DNA of 23,831 bases from Piromyces finnis finn (lineage: Eukaryota; Fungi; Neocallimastigomycota): contig MCFH01000149.1 of NCBI GenBank assembly GCA_002104945.1, forward strand, positions 1 through 23,831, in the 5' to 3' direction. This document shows positions 7,921-18,405 of the stretch, piece after piece. The stretch's first letter is position 1. Each line of letters opens with the position of its first letter. Under the pieces are notes generated by a model. It was not told the origin of the DNA and searched no databases. It saw only the letters and a list, made by a program, of their open reading frames with translations. A program made the position numbers and the translations under genes.

Positions 7921-10307
7921 ATTTAAAGATATTTTGTTAGCAATGATTAATTGTTTATTCAGAGAATGATCACCCCTGATATATCAAACATAAATCATTC
8001 ACTCAAAGTATAAAAAATTATTGTTTAATTAAATTAAAATTATTTTCCGGAACTAATTAACTTTATTTTATAATAATTATTTCAATAACATAATTTATAA
8101 TCTTTGAACTAGAGGATTATAATTATTAATATTATATTCAATGAATTATATTATAATTAAGAAATAATTAATATTATAAATATATAAACAATAGTTATTT
8201 TTAATAATTAGTAGTAAGTCTTAAGTTTAGCCTTAGTATTATAAAATATATTATGAATATAATCATGTACTAAAAAGTTATTTTAGTATTAAATGTAAAA
8301 TTACAAATAGTATAAATAGTTTAGAATAGTTTTATGAATTAAATCTTTGTAAAGATTATTATCTTATTAATACTTAATAAGTATTACTATTAAATAATCT
8401 TATTATTATATATATTCTTTAAATAAAATAAAAAGGAATTATTTTAACTATAATACATAATATAATTATTCATTTATAAATCAATTAAGATTATTTTAAT
8501 AAAACATTTTTTTTTCTAACCTAGTTATCTTTTAACCTTTTATTTAATTTGATATTTTAATATTAAATTATAAGTTTAGTAAAACTTTTACATTTAAAAT
8601 TATATAAATTAAAATAATAGTAAATAATCAAAATAATATAAAATATAAATGTTTAATTAAATTTTAAAAATGTAAAATAGAAACAACTTTTGTTTATAAA
8701 CAAACTTAAATGTAATTATTTATTATAATTAGAAATAGAAAATATTATTTTTAAAGATTGTTACTAATTAGCCAGGAAAATTAGAATATTTTAAAATTAT
8801 AATAAATTAATATATATTTTTTTTTATATAATACATAGCGAGATGTATTATATATTTATTTTAAATAAATAAACTAATATTATAAAACAAGATGTGTTTT
8901 TAAAACTTTAAATTTTATTTATAAATTATATAAAACTTGTAGAATGAGCAAGTAAAAATAAATCATTCAAATACACACCAAATATACCACTTTCTAAGCT
9001 TATTTAGAATTAAGGTATATTTGAACGTGTGTCATTTTTGTGTAAGAAATAATAATTATTTGATACATAATTAATATTTCTTAGTTAAAATCATTAATTA
9101 TTAATCATTAATTAATGTTATTAATATTAGTTTATTTAAATAATTATTCTTATTTAAATTTATTTTAATTATTTATTTTCACTTAATTTTAATATCTTAA
9201 ATTACATTTAGCCATTTAATTATATTATTCATTAATATTTTATTTAATATTTTTATTAATTATATTTATGCATTTAATTAATTAATTAATTACTTTTATT
9301 TAACTTTATATTTTTATCAAATATATTTTATTTATTTAATTAATTACTTTAAAATAATTATTCATTGTTTAGGAATCGATATTTTAAGGTTTTTTCCAAT
9401 TTCTAAAATAATTGGTTTTACTTAAAATATACGATGATCAATATGTATAGAATGTTGATCGAACTTTGTTTAGGTTTTTCTTCTAATCTTTTCCTAAACA
9501 AAAAATTATTTTGTTAAGATTAGATAAAATTTTAATTTAAACTTTAAATTTATTAAATAATATAAATAAGATTCTTGATTCTCTTCTAAGGAATCAAGAG
9601 TTATTATTATAAGAAACAAATTATAATAATAAAAGTGTTTTTAATTTTATTTTACTTAACTTAGTTATAATAAAACATATTAACTTATTAAAGTGTAAAA
9701 TTATTTCTACTCTTATAATAAACTCGAACTTAAAGATAAGTATTAATATTTATTTTTTTTTATTCTCAATTTATCAATAAATTGTAGTTAATAATTCTAT
9801 TATATAATAATTTATAATGGAATTATTACATTTTGATACAGTAGAAAATATTATCTTAATTCTATAAATGAATATAGAAAGTGATAATATTGTATCTAAA
9901 ATTTAATAAATAAAAATAAATAAGAAAATAAAAATAGAATAAATGATTTTTATACTTGTTCATTTGCAAGTGTTAGTTAGTTTTTAATATAAAATGTTAT
10001 TTTATTTAATTATAAAATTATTATATTATCATATTATTTAATAACTCTAGTATTATTAAATAATTAAAATTTAATACATCTAGTATGTATTATAAATGTT
10101 GTAAAATAAATATTGTTTTATTAAGTATAAATATCTAATTTTTCTCTCTTGGATAATTAGTAACCATAATATATAAATTTAATATAACTATATCTAATTT
10201 TTATGGATTATTAGGAACATCTTTTAAAATAAAATAATTCTATTACTATTTATATAAAATTATTATTTTAAAGTATAAATATAAACAAATATAAACTATT
10301 TAATTTA

Positions 10308-10338
<31 letters not shown>

Positions 10339-10412
10339 TTTACATTTATAATTTTTAATTTAATAATTTTATACAAGTTAATTATTTTAATTTTTAACTA
10401 TCTGTGTTTTAA

Positions 10413-10439
10413 TATTATTATTATTATTATTATTATTAT
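10413..10439. repeat. (TAT)9 microsatellite
   Basis: Direct reading. Confidence 0.9.
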
Positions 10440-10891
10440 AAATTCATAATTTATAAATTTAATTATTTATCATGATATAAAAATAATATGTGACTTGAGC
10501 ATATTATTATATTAGTAATTTTTCCTAATATTAAATTTATATAGATTTATTATAATATTAATTATTTCTACAATGTATAAGAATATAATGTAAATGTACG
10601 ACAAATGTAATATCATGTAATGTAAAAGAGCATTGTAAATGAATGATCCATATAGTTCCAGCCTTATAATTGGTCAATTAATTATTAAGTAAGCCTCATT
10701 AGTATAAATAGACTAGAATAAATATTATTAAAAAGGGCTTCTTGTTTTAGTTAGAATTTTAATATTTGACAACGACAGAACGTTTTAGTATTTAGACAGA
10801 ATAGAAATATTGGAACGTTATAAATAAATTATTAATAAAATATATATTAATTAAAGTTTAATTCTTTCTACATAAAATTAACCCGTATCAA

Positions 10892-11423
10892 TCAATTTGT
10901 CACAATAACATATATAAAAATTTAAAAAATTTGGACACATGGAAAAAATTTATTTTTTAAATTTTTATTAAAAAAATTCAAAGTATAAAATTTCTAATAT
11001 TTGAAATTATTAAAATTTTTTTAAAATTATTAAAATTTTATTATTAAAAATTTTATTTTAAATTTATTAACTATTTACAATAATTATATTACTTATTAAT
11101 TTATAAAAATTAAGTATTTTATAATTGAACAATAATTAATTAAAATTAAAAAATGTAACAATTAAAATTGTTCATGTATAAAAAGAACAAAAATTGACAA
11201 AAATTACGAAGCTTTAGCGTTAGTAATTTTTAACTTAAATTTAATAAAATTTATAAACTCCAATAAAACCTAAAACTTTAAAAATTTTAATATTTTTAAT
11301 AACTTAATATATGCTGATATTAAGTTATTGCTAAAATAAAAATATTATTTAATTTTCTTTATATAAATATTATAAGCTTAACGCCTTCAATAGGAAAGCG
11401 TATTATATTTGTTAATTAATATA
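10892..11423 (+). mobile_element. Interspersed repeat copy 2 (inverted relative to 6929-7511); lacks the terminal CTAG
   Basis: About 95% identical to copy 1 by eye, apart from a ~40-bp indel in a CAAATTTT tandem tract. Starts A|TCAA..TTTGTCAC. Confidence 0.6.
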
Positions 11424-12146
11424 TGTAAAGTGGGCTAGGATTGGTATGTAACTTGGTCAGAATGTTTCATATAATATAACTTAATTTACCAATAAAATAT
11501 TAAACTTATTTATTATTAAACCTTTTCTTCAGAACTTATTAAAGAATTTAAATAATACTAATTTAAAATTAAATAGGTTTTTATATTTAAAATAAAAATT
11601 TTAATATAATTTAATTACGAAATTTGTTTATTAATTATTTGTTTATGAAGATAATATTTATTAAGTTATATTATAGTTAACAATTAATAATTAATAATCT
11701 TACAAAGAATTTCAAAATTGATTTCAATTCTTTGTTTAAATACTTTTTCTTACATATAATAAAATTACATTGATATTAATATTGATATTAATAATAAAGA
11801 TAAAAATAAAATAATTTTAAATTAAAATATTAATAATTGATATTGATATTAATAATATGAATTCATATGATAGATCTTAAGATTAATCTTTTAAATTGCT
11901 TTTAAAATAAAAGTATTGTTTTAACCATTTTAAATTGTAAATATTTAATATTATAAATTGAGAATAACAATTACTGATACTAATTATATATTCTCATGAT
12001 TAATTAATTAATATTATAACTAATGATTTTTGATCCAAAGGCTTTTTGGCTTGATTATGATTAAGGTTATTAATCAAAATTATTTGAAAAATTATTAATT
12101 GATTTTTATAATTGATTAGGTTTGTAATCAAGAATATTTATTATCT

Positions 12147-12156
12147 AACCTTATTT

Positions 12157-12159
<3 letters not shown>
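12147..12159. repeat. Target-site duplication, 3' side of the LINE (AACCTTATTTAAT)
   Basis: Identical 13-mer at 18040-18052; abuts the poly(T) run. Confidence 0.85.

Positions 12160-12188
<29 letters not shown>
12159..12188 (-). repeat. Poly(A)30 tail of the LINE
   Basis: 30 consecutive T on the plus strand between the LINE 3' UTR and the TSD. Confidence 0.9.
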
Positions 12189-12191
<3 letters not shown>

Positions 12192-15100
12192 CTAGGAAGA
12201 GAATACACATCTTTTATTTATTTACTTATTTAATTAGTGATATTACATAATATTAGGTGATAATACATATTGATATAATAAATAATAAATAAAAATAATA
12301 AAATATATATAAATAAAAATATAAATATAAAAAATATAAAATAATTATTAAGTTGCATAAAAGTTCAATGAACTCTGCAATTTGTACTGTGTGGGATTGG
12401 TCCCTACCTAATAAATTAAATGAAATAAAAAAAAGAAGTAACATCAGGTATGATAGTGTGGTGTCCACTAAACTCTCCCATGAGTTCATAATGTTTTCAT
12501 TCGAATTTGAGGAAATACTAACATTGAACCCTATGTACGGAACATTGGAAATGTTCCTTTGCCATATCGGTACGACGTCGGCGCTCTTGATTACGTTAGG
12601 TATCTTACTAAACCTATCAAAAAGTAGCTTCATAGAGCTACTAATGATAGGGATTGTTTTAGTAAGAAAAGCCGCGAGACCCTCTACATATGGAACATGA
12701 GACCCCGATGAACTGTAAAGCTGTTCATTCAAATGTCTTTGTTCCGCCTTATCGATTTGTAGCTCATCATAAGCTAAAGTTCCACCAAGAAGGAACGTAA
12801 AAATATAGTTATAAATTGTTTTTCTTACTTCCGTTTCGGGGAGTAAGTATGTGATGAATTGATTCTTATATTTATTGTAAAAAGGGTAAAAAGATCGTCA
12901 AGAAAGCTAAGTGAAGAAGCTCTGTATTCAGAGAATGCAGAACATTCTAATATCCAATGGTAAAAAGATTGTTCGTCATATCCGCAACATGGACAGACAC
13001 GAGGGCAGTCAGGAGTAACTCTATTACTGGCAATAGCAATTCGGGTAGTATTTTCATAACCGCATCGAATACGAATAATCCAGGTAATTCCTAAATTTAA
13101 GTGAGGTTTGTTGAGACCGATATGCATTAGGCGATTTGAATTAAGGAATTTGTTGTTAGTATATCTGAGGGCTTTACTTCCATTATTTAGGCTACTATTA
13201 TTCCAATAATATTCTCTAATATCTTTAGTACTTTTAATATTTATTTTCATAAGTTCTTATGTAGTGAACAAGATTCTTTGGCCCAAGAGTAATGAGACAT
13301 GGGAGGAATAGATCGGACGAGATCTTTAATTATACAATTTGATTTTCTCCATTTAACAAAGCATTTCACTTGTTGGCAGCACAAATACCTGAAAGGGTAG
13401 GAAACTTCATATCTCTTGTAAAAGCATACAGACTAATAAATGAATTTCGTTCAAAAACAAAATCTTTGTTATTAAAACTTTTATTGTGAAAGCTATTGAC
13501 ACTCCATAAAACAGCAGTATTGATAAGAGATTGGACTCTTCTAGTTCTATTTTTGTTGGAACCAAGCAAAGGAGCATAATAAGAGACTTTGCTTAAAATA
13601 TAGGAATGAATTACTATGTTTTTAAGCCAATAGGAACACAATTGTTGGTGAGGAAGTTCTTAAAAGAGAATAAAGATTTCTGAACTTTTTTGTACATATT
13701 AGACAGAATAGGAGTCAAAGAAAGATCTTCGTCGAATGGGATCCAAGATAAGTATAGCAAGAAACCTTTGGAATCGAGTACATACCGATGTAAAATGTTG
13801 GGTCGACATAACTAGGGGATCTATTAAAGTTGATAGGTTTAACAACAATAGTTGCACATTTATTTATTCCAAAAGACATTTCATTTAAATTAGCCCAATC
13901 AAGGACCAGATGATCATCTTTTGAAGGTTCTTCTTACTAGGAACAATCAAACAATGTCATCTGCGAAAAGGCCACCACAACAACGTTTATTACCTAAGCT
14001 AACTCCAAGCCTTTCACATTTATTTAAAATATCATTGATAAAGAGGTTAAACAGTATAGGAGAAAGAGGACATCCTTGTCTTACACCACGGTTTATAGGG
14101 AATTCATTGAAAGCATATCCAAGAAACGTGCACGAGCTTAGAGGTAAAGTAGAGATTATTGAGAAAATCAAAACATTTACCACGTATACCTAATTATATA
14201 ACTTTGTAAGGATATTAAAAAATAGGAACTGAGTCGTATGCTTTTTTAAGGTCTAGAAAGGCGACATAAGTGGCTTTTCCTTTAAATTTTCTTCTTTGAC
14301 AGATTTCTCTAATGGAAAATAAATAAGCTAATACATTCTTCTTTATTGCGAAAACCAAATTGCTCAGGTCTTATAAATTATGAGAAAGAGCATACTTTGA
14401 AATTCTATTAGTTACAATTTTGAAATGATTTTAAGACCTACATTGATGAGAGAAATACCACGATAATTATTACAGTCTGAAAGATCGCCTTTCTTTGGAA
14501 TAGAAACAATGGAAGCAGAGTTCCATTTCAAAGGAAAGGAACATTCCAGATTTTATTAAAAATAATTTAAGACAATTTCCAGCAGCCTTATGTTCTTTCT
14601 CCAGTTCTTAGTTACAAAAGAAAGCTTTGAAAAAATTCAATTGGGATACCATCGGGACCTGGAGCCTTGTTATTCTTCATTGACAGAACAACATTTCTAA
14701 TTTCCTCAATAGAAATGGGACCATTTATATTCATGCTATTGATTGATATGGTTGAATTGGAAGGCTCTTTCCCAGTAACCACGATTAAGCTGTGATTTGT
14801 AAATCAGATGCAAGATTTTCATAATGTTCAGCCCACGTTTTAATTGTTCTTGAGGAGTAAATAAATCCTTGCCATTCTTGTCCTTAATAGTTGAAACATG
14901 GGAGGACGAATAACTTGGTTTGGCAAGTTTTTTAAGGCTTTCCAACCTTGTCTAAAGCTTTTATCAATAAAATGTTTACCAATAGAAACAATATTAGCTT
15001 TATAGAGATTGGATCTGAATTTACTCTTAACCTTTTTGATGGTATTACATAGATTTTGGTATATGGAGAACTGGTTAAGATAATTTTCCATGTCAGTGCA

Positions 15101-18039
15101 ATCTGAAAGGGGCTTAATATTTTTGTAGCCAGGTGTTTTTTCATGTGATAAGTTTTTGATGTATTGAGGGCAATGGAATGCTGGACCTTTTAAATCTGCA
15201 GGCACAATGGCTTTTATTTCTTTACCTATAGTTTTGGAAGTATCTAAAAATCTTGAAACCATATCGTCAGCCGAAAGGCTATCGCAATTAGCTTCAAGCT
15301 CGGAAGCTAGAACAGCAAAGTAATTACTAGTAAGAATGTCAGAACACTTTGTGTTACAGATATGACTTGACCACTTAAAGGTCTTCTTAGGCTTTTTGAA
15401 ACCATCCGAAGAGTCTTTTTTACAAGACCAAGGATCGGTTTGTGATCAGAAACATCGTGGAAAACTTCGGCAAACTGAAGATTTGTTTATGTGTTCTGTC
15501 ATAGCTTGTTGTATATAATATGATCAATGCATGAAAATTTAGATCCTTTTTCCCAGGTAAAATTATACCAGTTAACTCAGCCATAGTCCAATCCGGGAAG
15601 TGTTGTGATATATAAGATTTGATTTTTATAGCTGACATATTAAAGTCTCCTACAAGGATAGCTGGGTGGTTGAATTTTTTATGCGTTGTTAACCACTTAT
15701 CAAGTTCATCAAAGGCAATTAATCTAGCATCCGGCCATCTAGTTTACGGAAGTAAATATTACGATGGTACATCTCTGGTTCCAAAATGACAATATTGTAA
15801 CTGAAATGATGTAGTTATATAGAAGAGGTTCAGGAGTAAAGGAACAAGAGTTATGAACACCAATGTAAAGTCCTCTCATACCTGGAACTTAGGATTAGCA
15901 CGTCTGTGTACTGGTTTATAGTTCGGTAGGCATGGGGAGGAAATTGCATTACCACAGAGGAATTGACTGTTACCTACTTCTTGAAGACAGACACATACAG
16001 GTTTGAAAACAGAGATGAAGTATAAAAACCGTCCTTTTTCTCCGGGTTCCAAACATTGATGTTCCAACAAGTACATAAGTTGAAAAAGGAAGCATTAGAG
16101 CTTAGATGACTAAAATAGAAATCGTCAGAGAGTGGACCAGTAGTAGATTTGATAGATCGTTTGTTATTGTATGATCTATTGTTTTGAGCTTATCAATGAA
16201 TTTCCAAGATATTTTACTAGAGATAGGGAGTTTTTCAGAAAGTGAGTGTATAAGTAACATGGCTTAAGCGGGCATTTTCCATTGACTTTTAGAATGAAAT
16301 AGGTACGAGTGATTGTGAATATTTTTGGTGAGGGATTGAAGAATATCATTGAAAGGTTGAATGTCCTTTAAAAGAAATTCCATTAGTCGTTGTTTTGACC
16401 ATGAACTAAGATCATGGATAAAAATTAGATATGATTTATTGGAGTTAGATCCGAAGAAACGAAGACCACGTCGTAAGGTAGGTACAGTACAATTGGTATT
16501 GTTCATTTTGAAAGAACTTATTATGACAATAGATATTAATAATTTGAAGTATTGATATAATGATATAAATAAGATAATGAAATAAAATATATAGTAAAAT
16601 AAAAATAATAATAGTAAAGACGGATATATTATATAGCTAGTGGATTATTTGTCAAACAATATTTTAAATTTATAACTGGAAAAGTGGCTAAGTTGTTGAC
16701 AAACTTAGTTCTAACTCTACTGAAGACTTTAAACGGGAAGATAAATTTTGAATATCTATCACTTTGGATTTCTGTATTATAACTGTATTTTGAAAGCTCT
16801 TTATATTTATAAGAATTGTATAATTTATTGGATGATTATTGTATTGTGTTGATTCTGATTGTTGAATTGAAATTCATTTAGGTTGTTTATGTTGTAAGGT
16901 AGAGAGATAATAAGAGTGAAAAGTTGTTATATCAAAAATAATGGAAAAAAAGTTGAAGAATTTTGGGTAAACATAATAAAATTTTTTTTTTTTAAAAGAT
17001 AAAATTGAAACAAGAGTAGTATTTACAATATAAAAATAGAATACTCGATTTTCCAGGATAGAAGCTTTGATAATAAAAATGTTAAAGAAAAAAAGGTGTT
17101 AATACTTACCATAATAGTCCATAATAAACCTAATTAAGTTATACAGATATATAAATATACATATAATATAAAGTATAAGAAATATATATATATATAGAAA
17201 AGAGATAGAAAAAGTATACAAAAGAATGTTAGTAGAAAAGAGATTCCTTGGAAAATCTAGAGTTACAAAAAAAAATAAGAAATAAAAAAGATATTACTAG
17301 AATCATATAAAATCATAAAGGAAAAATAAAAAAGCCGCGCCCCTCGAAAATAATAAAAATAGAAAAAAAAATAAAAGATTAATATGATTATAGTAATGAA
17401 AGCCGCACCCCACACGAAACTCAAGAATAAATGAAAGGAATAACAAACTAACTGAAAAAACAAAATATCTGACATCTGACTAATCAACATATAAAGAATA
17501 AAAAAGGAATAAAAGAACAAAGAGAATAAGTAGTAAACTGGGATAACAAATTATCGATGAAAGCTAAAATAAAAATGAAATCAAGAAATATTCAAAATCA
17601 GTATTTAATACTACTGAATCAAACAATTTTAAGTTTAAAATAATATGTTATAAAGGTTGTTAAAGCAACTACTATCTAAAAAAAAGTTGAAGGTGTAAGG
17701 GATATATGATATAACAACTAACACTCAAATTATCGACTCTGTTCGCTCAGTACCATGAGCTTAGTCCTAATAATATTTCCAAATAAAGACTTACCAAGCA
17801 TCCATTGCGCAATACTTGGATTTAATTCTTTCTACTCTCTCAGTACCATGAGCATGAGTAGACCCCCTTGAGAAACTCCATTTATTAAATAAATGAAGGC
17901 ACGTTCCTAAGAGGGCACCAAGCATCCATTGCGCAATACTTGGATTTAATTCTTTCTACTCTCTCAGTACCATGAGCATGAGTAGACCCCCTTGAGAAAC
18001 TACATTTATTAAATAAATGAAGGCACGTTCCCAAGAGGG
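12160..18039 (-). mobile_element. Full-length APE-type non-LTR retrotransposon (LINE; clade not determinable by eye), ~5.9 kb
   Basis: Poly(A) tail, flanking 13-bp TSD, and APE, RT and C-terminal CCHC motifs in order on the minus strand. Confidence 0.92.
12253..16506 (-). pseudogene. LINE endonuclease/reverse transcriptase ORF, broken into many fragments by frameshifts
   Basis: APE: WNIN 16055-16066, LQE 15978-15986, GDFN 15639-15650, IDH, SDH 15442-15450. RT: KAPGPDGIP, NYRGISL, QFGFR, FLDLKKAYDS, GVRQGCPLSP, FADD 13956-13967, YLG. C-terminal CPCC..E...H....C 12942-12995, then FLLGG. Confidence 0.93.
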
Positions 18040-18040
18040 A
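17793..18040 (-). repeat. Two tandem 124-bp monomers at the extreme 5' end of the LINE
   Basis: 17793-17916 vs 17917-18040, with two internal substitutions (17878/18002 and 17908/18032) and a differing last base. Confidence 0.97.
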
Positions 18041-18052
18041 ACCTTATTTAAT
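18040..18052. repeat. Target-site duplication, 5' side of the LINE (AACCTTATTTAAT)
   Basis: Identical to 12147-12159. The first 3-4 nt may be microhomology with the element's 5' end. Confidence 0.85.
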
Positions 18053-18189
18053 AATAATGGAGAATTTTTAAATTAAATTATTTATAGAAAGTTGGATGAC
18101 TTGAATAATGACTTTAATTATATAAATTAATATTAATCATTTTAATATATATTTATATATTTATTGGAACTAATTAATTCTTTAAATAG

Positions 18190-18405
18190 CTATATCTCAA
18201 GAACTAGTGGTCTAAATTAGCTGAAAATTTGTGAGAATATAGATCTCAACCAGTAACCAGTACTTTCTAATAAAATTAATTTGAATTCTCTAGAAAAGGA
18301 AAATAGGACACGAGATTCAGAAGTTATCATTAGTTTCGTATAGCACATTTTCTTCTCAAGGGTTAATTTATTGAAAATTAAATTTTTGTGATCCTTAACC
18401 CTTTT
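18190..18405 (-). other. Spaced-motif island B
   Basis: GAAAAGGGTTAA..~30 bp..TTAACCCTT (18366), ATAACTT at +36, TTAGAAAG (18270), GAGATAT (18198). Confidence 0.45.

Noticed and set aside
10489-10904. Candidate solo LTR bounded by TGTGAC...GTCACA, containing TATAAATAG and AATAAA
   Set aside because: No 4-6-bp TSD (taata vs ataac), and the GTCACA end belongs to the inverted repeat arm
12353-12700. 115-aa plus-strand ORF (also 13921-14193 and 16361-16555)
   Set aside because: Antisense to LINE coding sequence; no recognisable domain
17263-17520. Hydrophobic 85-aa ORF in the LINE leader as ORF1 or membrane protein
   Set aside because: Phe/Tyr/Ile richness is a by-product of T-runs; no domain evidence
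17793-18040. CRISPR array or known self-cleaving ribozyme
   Set aside because: Only two long units without spacers. No CUGANGA/GAAA hammerhead core (CTGAGAG deviates), and no HDV L3 or J4/2 catalytic C in the required positions
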